DNA of 64,000 nucleotides, from the NCBI GenBank assembly GCA_021787535.1, contig JAJYLR010000001.1, forward strand, positions 383,687 to 447,686, given 5' to 3'. Source of the stretch: a bacterium. Its GTDB lineage: Bacteria > Patescibacteriota > CPR2 > UBA1875 > JAJYID01. Of the stretch, positions 54,591-64,000 are shown piece by piece. The number at the start of each line of letters is the position of its first letter. Position 1 is the stretch's first letter. Position numbers and translations under genes: made by a program. The notes under the pieces are model-generated. The model made no database searches. It had not been told where the DNA came from and worked only from the letters and a program-made list of their open reading frames with translations.

Positions 54591-56798
54591 ATGTTACTAG
54601 AAAAGACAGGAGGGCACTTGCTTGAGCAAAAAAACAGAGCCCAGGCAAAACCGGATATGCAAGAGTTCTTTTTTAATTTGGCTCAGTTTAATTTTTCTCT
54701 GAAAAATATTAATGAATCCGTCGCCAAACTCAAGAAGCTTATCATAAAATATACCGGAGCTTCCGGCGCAACACTGATGTTTTTAGACAAATACGGATAT
54801 CTTTGGAAAGCCGGAGAAAAAACGACGTTTTCGTTCAAAGTCGGAGTGGGCATTGCCGGGAAGGCAGCGTCAGCCAAAAAGATATTATATGTTCAAGATA
54901 TAATGCATGATGAGCGCTATAAAGTATTGAATAAAAAAGTATCGGCTTCTATGGTATCGATACCTATTATTAAAAATGGGCAGGTCCTCGGAGTTTTGAA
55001 TCTCACTTATTCAAAAACATCAAGGAAAAATTTTCCGCCGGAAAAAGTCTTGCTGAAAATCTTTGCTGAAAAATTAAAAACAATCTTGGAGAATATAATC
55101 CAGCTGCACCTCGTGAGTATAGAAAGAAACGAATTAAAAACACGCAAAGATATAAACAGGATCATGGAGAAGGAAGAGCCGCTCAAAAAGAAACTTGGAG
55201 AAATCAGAAGAAAAATTATCGCTTTCACAAACGTGGAAGACGCTGGGTTCTTATTTACAGATCCTGAAAGCTTGCATTCTATCCAAGCTGCACATAAAAT
55301 TACCGGCAAAAAATTTCAAGAAATCCAGTTGGCAAATGAGCTGGCCGAATTTTTCAAGTCTAAAAAATATAAAAGCCATCATGGCTTTTTTGATGTCTCA
55401 GCAAACCATGCGGCGCACATAAGAGACAGCAAAGCATTTGCAACCGCTTATCCTATTTTCTCAAATAACCGGCTTAACGGCTTTATCTTAGTCGAAGATA
55501 ACATTAAAAATATAGATAACCTTTCCACCCAAGAGAAAAACCTCATCCGGCTAACCTCAATGAGAATAGGCAAATACCTCGACAGGGAACATTTTTCAAA
55601 AAAAATTATAGAAGAAAAAGAAAGATGGCGCCTTATATTCCATAATGTGAATGATGGGATTATTTTGATATCGCAAGATAAAAAAATCATAGAAGCTAAT
55701 CCGAAAGCGCAGGAAATTTTAGGATCAAAAAAGCAAAGCTTAACAAACCAAAACCTCTTCTCACTTTTTAAGATTATTCACTCAAACATCACTTCAGAAA
55801 CGCTTTCTTCAATTAAAAATATCAGTCATTTCAAAAGAGCTAGCGAGTATGAACTTGAGAAAAAAATAGACCGGTTTTTTAAGCTAGGACAAAATATTAG
55901 GCCCAAGGAATACTATATAGAAACGAAAAATGGCAGATTTTGGATAGCTTTCAGCATGAACACGGCTCTCAGGCGATGGGAAGAAGCTGTGTTCGGGGTA
56001 GTCCACATCAGAGACATTACAAAGAGAAAAGAGCTGGAACAAGACAAAAATGAGTTTATGTCTATGGTATCACATGAGCTGAGAACTCCTCTCTCCGCCA
56101 TGAAAGGATTCCTTTCAATGATACTGGCTAACGATTATGGAGAGTTAAATGAACAACAAGTAAGATCTCTCTCCAGAATCGCAGAGAGCAACTCGCGAAT
56201 GGTCTGCCTTGTAGAAGATATTTTAGATGTTTCCAGGATCGAACTAGGCAGAGTGAACTTTAGAAAAGAAGCAGTAAATGTCTCAGAACTTGTACATAAT
56301 ATTGTTCAGGATTTGGATTTAAAAATTAAGGAGAAAAAAATAAAGGTCAAAATCTCAAACAATACGGTAAAGATACCGTCCAAAGAGAGAGCGGCTAAAG
56401 CGCCTGCAGATCATGGACGCCAACTGGATATTTATGCTTTTGCCGATCGCGATAGAATGGCTCAAATTATGCAAAACCTTATTGATAACGCCATAAAGTA
56501 TACTTTTCAAGCAGGAAATCTTGAGATTAAAATACAAGCATCCGGAAAATTTGCTGAGATCAAAATCATTGACGACGGCGTAGGTATTTCAAAAGAAGAC
56601 CAAGGCAAACTCTTCCAACGATTTTCAAGAATACATAATCCTCTTAGCATTCAGGCGGGAGGAACCGGTCTGGGATTATATATCACCAAGAAGTTAGTCC
56701 TGGCGCAAAAAGGTAAAATCGAGGTTAAAAGCGCGCCTGGTAAAGGCACGGCTTTTTCAGTAAAAATACCTATAGCAAAACAACTGCCTTTGATTTAG
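54591..56798 (+). CDS. Cytoplasmic multi-sensor histidine kinase (GAF, PAS, HisKA, HATPase_c)
   Basis: H-box 'VSHELRTPL' and G boxes 'GGTGLGLYI'. No TM segment. Confidence 0.8.
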   Translation: MLLEKTGGHLLEQKNRAQAKPDMQEFFFNLAQFNFSLKNINESVAKLKKLIIKYTGASGATLMFLDKYGYLWKAGEKTTFSFKVGVGIAGKAASAKKILYVQDIMHDERYKVLNKKVSASMVSIPIIKNGQVLGVLNLTYSKTSRKNFPPEKVLLKIFAEKLKTILENIIQLHLVSIERNELKTRKDINRIMEKEEPLKKKLGEIRRKIIAFTNVEDAGFLFTDPESLHSIQAAHKITGKKFQEIQLANELAEFFKSKKYKSHHGFFDVSANHAAHIRDSKAFATAYPIFSNNRLNGFILVEDNIKNIDNLSTQEKNLIRLTSMRIGKYLDREHFSKKIIEEKERWRLIFHNVNDGIILISQDKKIIEANPKAQEILGSKKQSLTNQNLFSLFKIIHSNITSETLSSIKNISHFKRASEYELEKKIDRFFKLGQNIRPKEYYIETKNGRFWIAFSMNTALRRWEEAVFGVVHIRDITKRKELEQDKNEFMSMVSHELRTPLSAMKGFLSMILANDYGELNEQQVRSLSRIAESNSRMVCLVEDILDVSRIELGRVNFRKEAVNVSELVHNIVQDLDLKIKEKKIKVKISNNTVKIPSKERAAKAPADHGRQLDIYAFADRDRMAQIMQNLIDNAIKYTFQAGNLEIKIQASGKFAEIKIIDDGVGISKEDQGKLFQRFSRIHNPLSIQAGGTGLGLYITKKLVLAQKGKIEVKSAPGKGTAFSVKIPIAKQLPLI

Positions 56799-56868
56799 AA
56801 TTTAATTTATTAAAATATTAAAACCTCAGGTAGACAGGTTTTAATGAGAAAAAGAGAAGGAGAAAAGA

Positions 56869-57255
56869 ATGAAACAATGTATCCTCATTGTAGAAGATGA
56901 TAACATCTTACAGGAAATGTACTCAGAAAAGTTTGAAATGGGCGGATTTCAAGTCCTAAAGGCCTCAACAGGCAAAGAAGGCCTTGAAGTGTTAGAGAAA
57001 AAAAGCCCAAACCTTATTCTCCTTGATATTTTAATGCCGGACATGAACGGACTCGAGATGTTGAAAGAGATGAAAAAAGATAGGCAGTATCGCAATATTC
57101 CGGTGATTTTACTCACAAACCTCGGCGAATCAAAGATAGATATGGATCAGGAGCTCTCCTTTGCTCTCGGCATCAATGATTATTTGATCAAAACAAAACA
57201 TACTCCAGACGATGTTCTAAGGAAAGTGAAGCAAGTTTTAAAAATCAAGGTGTAG
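56869..57255 (+). CDS. Stand-alone response regulator receiver domain (CheY-like)
   Basis: 'ILIVEDD…LLDILMPDMNG' with Asp pocket residues. Confidence 0.85.
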   Translation: MKQCILIVEDDNILQEMYSEKFEMGGFQVLKASTGKEGLEVLEKKSPNLILLDILMPDMNGLEMLKEMKKDRQYRNIPVILLTNLGESKIDMDQELSFALGINDYLIKTKHTPDDVLRKVKQVLKIKV

Positions 57256-57256
57256 A

Positions 57257-58042
57257 TTGTCGTCAATTGCTCAAAAAAACTATTCAGTTCAAGGCATTGT
57301 TATTCATCGGCGCAATTTTCTGGAAGCTGACAGAATTCTCAAGATTTTTACTAAAGAGAAAGGTATTATATCTTGCACAGTCAGGGGCGCCCGAAAAAGC
57401 ACCTCCAAACTGGCCGGCTCTAGCGAACTCTTTGTATTTGGGACTTTTTACCTTGCTAAAGGCAAGAAGTTAGATGTTCTAACGGGCGGCAAACCAAAAA
57501 CATTTTTCCTGAAAAATCCCAAGGATCTGTCAAAAATTTCAGATTTTTTCTTGATAAGCGAGGTGATAGCAAAAATGATGCCTGGTAGCGTACCAAATCC
57601 AAAGCTTTTTCATGAAATGCTGCGCGCATTTGAAGTCTTGGATAGTAAGAAATCGACCGGCGCAGCTTATGAATTTATATATAAAACTTTCACGATCTTA
57701 GGATACGGCCTTATTTTAGAGTATTGCGCCGGGTGCTCGCGCGCTCTATCTAAACAAGATGAGATCTATTTGGACTTTACTGCAGGAGGAGTATTATGCA
57801 AGGAATGCGCCAAGTACAAGGGTAATCAGATATCTGAAAATTGCTATAAACTGCTCAAATATATTAGCATCCATGATATAAACAAGTACTCGCTAGTGCA
57901 ATTAGATGAGAATTTATTGAAAGAGTTGTCAAAGACAGTTAACGATTACTTAAATTTTATTTATCAAAAAGAGATGAACTCCGCCGTATTTTCCCGGCAT
58001 ATTAGGGAATTGCAAAAAAAACCGGGAAGCGGTACAATCTAA
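57257..58042 (+). CDS. recO: DNA repair protein RecO
   Basis: N-terminal OB fold 'VQGIVIHRRNFLEADRIL' and a zinc finger 'CAGC…CKEC'. Confidence 0.8.
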   Translation: MSSIAQKNYSVQGIVIHRRNFLEADRILKIFTKEKGIISCTVRGARKSTSKLAGSSELFVFGTFYLAKGKKLDVLTGGKPKTFFLKNPKDLSKISDFFLISEVIAKMMPGSVPNPKLFHEMLRAFEVLDSKKSTGAAYEFIYKTFTILGYGLILEYCAGCSRALSKQDEIYLDFTAGGVLCKECAKYKGNQISENCYKLLKYISIHDINKYSLVQLDENLLKELSKTVNDYLNFIYQKEMNSAVFSRHIRELQKKPGSGTI

Positions 58043-58045
58043 GCT

Positions 58046-58291
58046 ATGGCCAAGGTAAAAAAGACGCAAAAGAACGATCCAGAAGAAGACCGGATTGACT
58101 GTGAGAGTATGAACGACAAAGAGATAGAGGAATGGGTTGCCACAACAGGCAAGGTTCTCGTCGTGCTTGAAAGCGAGAATAAAGAAGTCTACAAACGCAT
58201 TTATAATGATTTTATTTTGGATTTGCAGCAATTAAGGCAGGTGGGCCGCATTACAGATGAAGATTGCAAAGACATCCTGGAGAATATATGA
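58046..58291 (+). CDS. Hypothetical small acidic protein
   Basis: 81 aa. Its stop overlaps the glyQS start (ATGA). Confidence 0.4.
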   Translation: MAKVKKTQKNDPEEDRIDCESMNDKEIEEWVATTGKVLVVLESENKEVYKRIYNDFILDLQQLRQVGRITDEDCKDILENI

Positions 58292-59673
58292 AAAAAGAGA
58301 AAAATGATTTAATGGAAAAGATAGTATCGCTCGCAAAAAGGCGCGGTTTTGTTTACCTATCCTCTGAAATATATGGAGGTTTTGCTTCCATTTACGATTA
58401 CGGTCCTTATGGCGTAGAACTTGCGAACAATATCAAAGATTTCTGGTGGAAGGAAATGGTTCAGTTAAGGGAAGATATCGTCGGACTAGATAGTGCGATC
58501 TTTATGAACCCGCGCATTTGGGAAGCTTCGGGACATGTAGCCGGCTTTTCAGATCCTCTGACTGAGTGCAAAAACTGCCATGCCAGATTTCGGATGGATC
58601 ATCTGCTTGAAGAGATTAAAGTCCAAGCAGATGAGAAAATGACAGAAGATGAAATTAATAAGATTTTTAAAGAAAATATTGAAAAAATCGCCTGCCCGTC
58701 TTGCGGAAAAAAGGATTTTGCTGAGGGTCGCAAGTTTAATCTGCTAGTAAAATCAAACCTTGGCAATATCACAGATAACCCAAGTGAAAACCCTGCGTAC
58801 CTACGCGGAGAAACCTGCCAGGGAATTTACGTAAATTTTAAAAACGTTCTCGATTCTGTAAGAGTGAAAATTCCATTTGGCATAGCCCAAATCGGCAAAG
58901 CTTTTCGAAATGAAATCACAGCCCGCCAGTTTATTTTCAGAACAAGAGAATTTGAACAGATGGAAATGCAGTATTTTCTTGACCCTGAAGATGAGATGAA
59001 AGAATATGAAAAGCTGAAAAAGGCAAGGTGGGATTATTATCTGAAATTAGGATTAAATGAAAAAAATCTCAAATGGCATAAACATGAGAAACTCGTTTTC
59101 TATGCAAAGGCAGCATACGATATTGAGTATAGATTTCCTTTTGGCTTCGGCGAGCTTGAAGGGGTACATGCGCGGGGAGACTATGACTTAAGCCAGCATG
59201 CAAAATTTTCAGGTAAAGATCTCTCATATACAGAGCCGAAAACAGGCAAGAAATTTATCCCTCATATTATCGAATCTTCGGTCGGAGTAGGACGAACAGT
59301 TTTAGCAGTTCTCACTGAAGCGTATATGGAAGAAAAAATTGATGGCGGAGAGCGTGTTGTCATGAAATTTCCGAAAAACTTGGCGCCTATCAAGATAGCT
59401 GTATTCCCGCTCCTTAGAAATAAACCTGAGCTGGTGAAATATGCACAAGAAATTTTTAACGATTTGAAAGAAGATTTTATGTGTGAGTTTGATGATAACG
59501 GCAATATCGGCAAACGATATAGAAGGCAAGATGAGATCGGTACGCCATACTGTGTAACGGTTGATTTTGATACCTTAGAAGAAGATACCGCAACAATCCG
59601 CGATAGAGATACTATGGAACAAAAAAGGATTAAAATTACCGATCTTAAAAGGTTTTTTGTGAATAATCTCTAA
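58288..59673 (+). CDS. glyQS: Glycyl-tRNA synthetase (alpha2 type)
   Basis: 'GFVYLSSEIYGGFASIYDYGPYG' and class II motifs. Start at MKKEKND… overlaps the upstream stop. Confidence 0.9.
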   Translation: MKKEKNDLMEKIVSLAKRRGFVYLSSEIYGGFASIYDYGPYGVELANNIKDFWWKEMVQLREDIVGLDSAIFMNPRIWEASGHVAGFSDPLTECKNCHARFRMDHLLEEIKVQADEKMTEDEINKIFKENIEKIACPSCGKKDFAEGRKFNLLVKSNLGNITDNPSENPAYLRGETCQGIYVNFKNVLDSVRVKIPFGIAQIGKAFRNEITARQFIFRTREFEQMEMQYFLDPEDEMKEYEKLKKARWDYYLKLGLNEKNLKWHKHEKLVFYAKAAYDIEYRFPFGFGELEGVHARGDYDLSQHAKFSGKDLSYTEPKTGKKFIPHIIESSVGVGRTVLAVLTEAYMEEKIDGGERVVMKFPKNLAPIKIAVFPLLRNKPELVKYAQEIFNDLKEDFMCEFDDNGNIGKRYRRQDEIGTPYCVTVDFDTLEEDTATIRDRDTMEQKRIKITDLKRFFVNNL

Positions 59674-59682
59674 AAAATATCA

Positions 59683-59711
59683 TTGACAAATAAATCCTCA
59701 AAAGCTATAAT
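59683..59711 (+). promoter_or_regulatory. Consensus sigma70 promoter (TTGACA, 17 nt spacer, TATAAT) upstream of greA
   Basis: Seen directly. Confidence 0.6.
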
Positions 59712-59796
59712 CTTACAGCATGTTATTTATGCAATATTTGATCTGGTCTTGCACTAAGGCTTATTTTTTTCTCTCTATTTAAAGGAAAGGAACGAA

Positions 59797-60264
59797 ATGG
59801 AAAAAGAAATCTATATCTCTCGAGAAGGTCTGGAAAAACTAACAAAAGAACTCAAAGAACTCAAAACAGTCAGAAAAAAGGAAGTGGCTATAAGAATTAA
59901 AAGAGCTAAAGAGTTTGGTGATTTAAGTGAAAACAGCGAATATGATGACGCCAAAAATGAACAAGCGTTTATTGAGGGTAGGATTTCGGAAATAGAGAAT
60001 ATTTTAAAAAATGCAAAAATTATTGAAGAAGTTGCCTGTAAAACTACAGATGAGGTTTGTGTCGGACATACAGTATTTGTTGACTTTGCTAAAGGCGAGG
60101 CAAAATTCAAAATCGTAGGTTCATATGAAGCCGATCCTGAAATGGGACTTATTTCAAATGAATCTCCCATAGGCAAGGCACTCTTAGGCAAGAAAAAGGG
60201 CGATGAGGTAACAGTACAAGTCCCAGCCGGTGAATTGAAATATAAAGTCAAAAACATTAAATAA
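59797..60264 (+). CDS. greA: Transcription elongation factor GreA
   Basis: N-terminal coiled coil plus an FKBP-like C-terminal domain. 155 aa. Confidence 0.9.
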   Translation: MEKEIYISREGLEKLTKELKELKTVRKKEVAIRIKRAKEFGDLSENSEYDDAKNEQAFIEGRISEIENILKNAKIIEEVACKTTDEVCVGHTVFVDFAKGEAKFKIVGSYEADPEMGLISNESPIGKALLGKKKGDEVTVQVPAGELKYKVKNIK

Positions 60265-60283
60265 TTTCTTTAGAATTTGATTA

Positions 60284-60316
60284 AGTCTCTCGGAAAGCTC
60301 GAGAGACTTTTTGTTT
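60284..60316 (+). terminator. Intrinsic terminator after greA
   Basis: 'gtctctcggaaagctcgagagac' followed by 'tttttgtttt'. Confidence 0.75.
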
Positions 60317-60360
60317 TCTAAATACTGCTTTTAAGTTATAATTTATTTTAAGGAGAAAAA

Positions 60361-61818
60361 ATGGCAGAAGATATTTTTATTAAACAAAGAAAAGAAAATC
60401 TAAAGAAATTGGTGGAGGCCGGCATTGATCCTTATCCTGCAAAGGGAGAAAGGACAAACTATGCCACCGACATTAAAAAAGATTATAAAAAACTCGAAGG
60501 CAAGGAAACCACAGTTTCGGGACGCCTTATGGTCAAGCGCGGCCATGGAAAGATTCTCTTTGCAAATATTCAGGATGTATCCGGCCAAACCCAGCTTTTC
60601 TTTCGCTATGATAATTTAGAAAAAACATATAATCTTTTAAAATATGTCGACAGTGGCGACTTCATCCAAGCAACCGGAAAAGTTTTTAAAACCAAGGCCG
60701 GGGAAGAATCCGTGGAAGTAACTGGCTGGAAGTTTTTATCCAAGGCAATGAAACCGTTACCGGAAAAATGGCACGGCTTAAAAGATGTTGAAACCCGCTA
60801 TAGAAAAAGATATCTGGACTTTCTGACAAATGAAGAATCAAGAGACAAAATACGCACCAAAGCAAAGATTATAAAATTTATTAGAGATTTTCTTACCGAA
60901 AACGGATTTGAGGAAGTCTATACACCTTATCTCGAACTGACGCCTTCCGGCGCAGCGGCAAAGCCTTTTAAAACACACTTAAATGCTTACAACATGGATA
61001 TGTATATGAGAATCTGTATCGGTGAGCTCTGGCAGAAAATGATGATAGTCGGCGGATTTGAGAAGACATTTGAAATAGGCCGGGCTTTTAGAAATGAAGG
61101 GGTCGATAAAGCGCACAACCCTGAGTTTATGATGTGCGAGTTTTATTGGGCGTATGCGGATTATAAAGATCTTATGAAACTGCTGGAGAAAATGATACCC
61201 GAACTAGTAAAGAAAATTACAGGGAGTTATGAAATTACATATCAAGGCAAAAAACTGAACTTCAAACCGCCATTTACCGTTATTACTTTCAGAAATCTAA
61301 TGAAAAAATATGCTGATATTGATATTGATGATTTTCCGACACGAGAAGATTTGGCTAAAGAACTTGGAAAGAGAAAATTTAAAGTTGACCCAAAGGCGGG
61401 AAGAGGCAAACTAATCGATGATTATTACAAAGAGATAGCAAGGCCTAAGCTTGTTCAGCCGACATTTCTGATCGACCAGCCGCTGGATGTATCACCACTC
61501 GCAAAAAGATCCACGGAAAATCAGGACACAGTACAACAGGTTCAGCTTCTCGTTTGGGGTGAGGAAATCTGCAAAGGATATTCTGAGTTAAACAATCCAG
61601 AAGATCAAAGAGAAAGATTTGTTGAACAAAAGAAACTTCTCCAAAAAGGCGATGAAGAAGCGATGCGAGCTGACGAACACTTTGTTGAAGCTATGGAATA
61701 CGGCATGCCGCCCGTCGCCGGCAATGGCATAGGCATAGAACGGCTTGCAACACTTCTCACTGACTCGCCCGTTATGCGCGAAATTATCACTTTCCCGATC
61801 ATGAAGCCGGAAAAATAA
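60361..61818 (+). CDS. lysS: Lysyl-tRNA synthetase (class II)
   Basis: N-terminal OB anticodon-binding domain and class II motifs (…FRNEG…, …GIGIERL…). Confidence 0.95.
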   Translation: MAEDIFIKQRKENLKKLVEAGIDPYPAKGERTNYATDIKKDYKKLEGKETTVSGRLMVKRGHGKILFANIQDVSGQTQLFFRYDNLEKTYNLLKYVDSGDFIQATGKVFKTKAGEESVEVTGWKFLSKAMKPLPEKWHGLKDVETRYRKRYLDFLTNEESRDKIRTKAKIIKFIRDFLTENGFEEVYTPYLELTPSGAAAKPFKTHLNAYNMDMYMRICIGELWQKMMIVGGFEKTFEIGRAFRNEGVDKAHNPEFMMCEFYWAYADYKDLMKLLEKMIPELVKKITGSYEITYQGKKLNFKPPFTVITFRNLMKKYADIDIDDFPTREDLAKELGKRKFKVDPKAGRGKLIDDYYKEIARPKLVQPTFLIDQPLDVSPLAKRSTENQDTVQQVQLLVWGEEICKGYSELNNPEDQRERFVEQKKLLQKGDEEAMRADEHFVEAMEYGMPPVAGNGIGIERLATLLTDSPVMREIITFPIMKPEK

Positions 61819-61821
61819 TTC

Positions 61822-62259
61822 ATGAAACAAGAAACATCTATAATTCTGTGTGTACGGGAAGATAAAATTCTTCTTGGTATGAAAAAACGAGGACATGGAG
61901 CAGGATATTGGAATGGTTTCGGCGGAAAAAAATTGCCAAATGAAACAATCTTAGAATCTGCACTCAGAGAAATTAAAGAAGAAGCCGATATTACCCCTCA
62001 AGACATGATACAAATCGGCACCCTAGAGTTTACAAATTTTATTACTCATATTTTTACTTTCTCAGAATTTAAAGGCAAACCTGTGGAGACAGAAGAAATG
62101 AAACCGCAATGGTTTGATATCAAAAATATTCCTTATAGCCAAATGTGGGAGAGTGACAAGATCTGGCTGCCACTTGTCCTGGATGGGAAAAAATTTAAGG
62201 GAAAATTTTTTTTTGACGGTGACAGAATGGTTGACTATAATTTAGAAATCATTTCTTAA
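61822..62259 (+). CDS. NUDIX hydrolase (MutT-like)
   Basis: Nudix box 'GGKKLPNETILESALREIKEEADI'. Confidence 0.8.
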   Translation: MKQETSIILCVREDKILLGMKKRGHGAGYWNGFGGKKLPNETILESALREIKEEADITPQDMIQIGTLEFTNFITHIFTFSEFKGKPVETEEMKPQWFDIKNIPYSQMWESDKIWLPLVLDGKKFKGKFFFDGDRMVDYNLEIIS

Positions 62260-62460
62260 TAAAACTCAAGCATAAAATAACCAAAATACTAGCATTTTAT
62301 TTGGTTATTTATACTAATGAAAACCTAAAGCACCAGGCATATATTATATTTGACGCCAGCAAGACGAGGGCATACCTTCCCAAACACTCCCAGTGAGTGA
62401 GTCTGGAGTTCAAGGAAGCCTAGAAGAAGGCTTCCTAGTATATATCCTTACAGAGCAGAA

Positions 62461-62490
62461 AATGGCGGCTTTTCCGTAGCCGCCATTTCT
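62461..62490 (+). terminator. Strong hairpin (aaatggcggct…agccgccattt), terminator-like
   Basis: 11-bp stem. Preceded by two further hairpins at 62385-62436. Confidence 0.5.
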
Positions 62491-62505
62491 TAATCAGAAA
62501 GTACC

Positions 62506-62534
62506 TTGGATTTTCGCCTCGGATAATATATAAT
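62506..62534 (+). promoter_or_regulatory. Sigma70 promoter (TTGGAT, 17 nt spacer, TATAAT) placed to give a leaderless serS mRNA
   Basis: The -10 element ends 6 nt before the serS ATG. Confidence 0.5.
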
Positions 62535-62540
62535 CTCTTT

Positions 62541-63848
62541 ATGATCGATATTAACTATATTCGGAAAAATCCTGATGAAATAAAGAAAAATAACAAACAT
62601 CGAGGCGTAAATGTCGATCTCGATAAATTTTTGGATTTGGATAAAAAAAGATCTGAGCTGATCAAACAAGTTGACGCTTTGAGAGCGCAGAAAAAGCAAC
62701 CTAAAGGCAAACCAACTCCTGAAGAACTAAAGGAACTAAAGAAGATTAAGGAAAATGAAGAAAAACTTGCAAAAGAGCTTGGAAAAATCGAAAAGGAATA
62801 TAGAAAAACCTATCTTCAGATCCCAAACCTGACTCATCCCGATGTACCGATTGGCAAAGACGATAGTGAGAATGTGGTTTTAAGAAAAGTGGGGGATATC
62901 CCCAAACTCGGCTTCACACCTAAAGATCACTTGGAACTTGGGGAAACACTCGACTTGATTGATATGTCTCATGCCGCAAAAATAACCGGTGCCAGATTTT
63001 TCTATTTAAAAAATGAACTGGTACTTCTTGAATATGCCCTTTTACAGCTCGTGTTTGAAACTCTGACAAATGAGGAGACTCTGAAAAAGATCGCAAAAGA
63101 TGCAAACCTGAAAGTATCGACCAAACCGTTTACCCCTATACTTCCGCCGGATATGATTAAACCTAAATATCTTGAGGCAATGGGACGGCTCGAACCAAAA
63201 GAAGATAAGTTTTACACTCAAAAAGACGATCTCTATCTTGTCGGTAGTGCCGAACATACTATTGGGGCAATGCACGCCGGAGAAACACTTGATGAAAAAG
63301 ACCTGCCACTCAGATATATCGGATTTTCAACAGCTTTCAGACGGGAGGCCGGTTCCTATGGCAAAGATACCAGAGGGATAATCCGGGTTCACCAGTTTGA
63401 CAAATCAGAAATTGTCTCTTTTACAACTCCTGAGAATGGAGAGACTGAACAGAATTTTATAATCGCAATTCAGGAATATTTGATGCAAAAAATAGGCATT
63501 CCATATCAGGCAGTGGCTATTTGCACCGGCGACATGGGGGACCCGGATTTTCGGCAAGTTGACCTGGAAGCTTGGATACCAACGCAAGGAAAATATCGGG
63601 AAACTAATACTTCTGACTACAACAGCGACTACCAGGCCAGAAGGTTAAATATTAAAGTCAGAAAAACCGACGGCAAAACTGAATTCACACATATGAATGA
63701 TGCGACAGCTTTTGCCGGCCGGCCGATGGTTGCCATTTTGGAAAACTACCAGCAAAAAGACGGGTCGGTAAAAATCCCAGTAGTGTTACAGAAATATATG
63801 TTTGGTTTAAAAGAAATAAAGAGACAGAGGTACAAAACAATAGAATAA
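62541..63848 (+). CDS. serS: Seryl-tRNA synthetase
   Basis: N-terminal coiled coil and class II core (…FRRE…, …GSALA…). 435 aa. Confidence 0.95.
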   Translation: MIDINYIRKNPDEIKKNNKHRGVNVDLDKFLDLDKKRSELIKQVDALRAQKKQPKGKPTPEELKELKKIKENEEKLAKELGKIEKEYRKTYLQIPNLTHPDVPIGKDDSENVVLRKVGDIPKLGFTPKDHLELGETLDLIDMSHAAKITGARFFYLKNELVLLEYALLQLVFETLTNEETLKKIAKDANLKVSTKPFTPILPPDMIKPKYLEAMGRLEPKEDKFYTQKDDLYLVGSAEHTIGAMHAGETLDEKDLPLRYIGFSTAFRREAGSYGKDTRGIIRVHQFDKSEIVSFTTPENGETEQNFIIAIQEYLMQKIGIPYQAVAICTGDMGDPDFRQVDLEAWIPTQGKYRETNTSDYNSDYQARRLNIKVRKTDGKTEFTHMNDATAFAGRPMVAILENYQQKDGSVKIPVVLQKYMFGLKEIKRQRYKTIE

Positions 63849-63861
63849 CAAAAAAATATTT

Positions 63862-63884
63862 GTCATTCTGGCTTGTCCAGAATC
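63862..63884. repeat. Family-A palindromic element ('gtcattctggcttgtccagaatc')
   Basis: Identical to the 41801 copy, 14 nt after the serS stop. Confidence 0.7.
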
Positions 63885-63936
63885 CAAATCTTATTAAATA
63901 GATTCCGGATCAAGTCCGGCAGTGAAGGAGAGAAAA

Positions 63937-64000
63937 ATGCAGATAGATATTCGCGGAGTTGAAACTGAGTTAACAGATGATGTTAAAAAGTATGCTGCAG
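63937..64000 (+). CDS. hpf: Ribosome hibernation-promoting factor, 5' partial
   Basis: 'MQIDIRGVETELTDDVKKYA' resembles HPF/RaiA 'MQLNITG.N.E.T..L…'. GAAGGAG RBS. Confidence 0.55.
   Translation, partial: MQIDIRGVETELTDDVKKYAA

Noticed and set aside
1-64000. CRISPR arrays and mobile elements
   Set aside because: No regularly spaced direct repeats with unique spacers. No transposase, integrase or recombinase ORFs were recognised. The palindromic elements are single hairpins, not arrays.

Overview
Likely source. This is a 64 kb window from a low-GC, gene-dense bacterial chromosome with roughly 90% coding density. Several features fit a reduced-genome Candidate Phyla Radiation / Patescibacteria-type organism, which is my inference. 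These are: rpsB-tsf-frr with no pyrH between tsf and frr, a ProRS that lacks the editing domain, ribosomal proteins L12, S2 and L31 carrying long Lys/Glu-rich tails, three PMT/ArnT-type (GT39/83) membrane glycosyltransferases with GtrA/GtrB-like partners, and many unknown ORFs. The genetic code is standard (table 11): TGA is used as a stop codon (for example rpsB ends ...GGK-TGA) and the ORFs stay intact under the standard code.

Recognisable content, in order:
- an ABC-2 transporter pair;
- a long DCD-family dCTP deaminase, prfA and rpmE;
- rpsB-tsf-frr, rseP and proS;
- mreBCD-mrdA;
- tmk with a divergent ThyA-fold gene;
- rplJ-rplL, cdsA, a pgsA-like gene and tgt;
- a patatin::phytoene/squalene-synthase-like fusion;
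- an SplB-like radical SAM gene;
- dnaX and dnaB;
- two divergently transcribed alternative sigma factors, followed by two GC-richer unknown proteins;
- the glycosylation cluster;
- ybaB-recR;
- an MsbA-like ABC exporter, cysS, an S41-like peptidase and dus;
- tRNA-Gln(CUG);
- a two-gene operon, a tandem MazG-like Zn-knuckle protein plus a MazG-like::radical-SAM fusion;
- a membrane histidine kinase and PBP1A;
- a GAF/PAS histidine kinase with a stand-alone receiver;
- recO, glyQS, greA, lysS, a NUDIX hydrolase, serS and the start of hpf.

Other signals. There is a dispersed family of short palindromic hairpin elements placed immediately after stop codons, in two stem variants with compensatory changes and one in-frame copy inside dus. 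There is a GC-rich, UUCG-capped structured island at about 2230-2575. There is a promoter-driven structured element upstream of PBP1A. Several near-consensus sigma70 promoters and intrinsic terminators are called. No CRISPR array and no transposase or integrase were seen.

Hand-placed small features are accurate to about +/-2 nt. CDS coordinates follow the supplied ORF track except where an internal start is argued.
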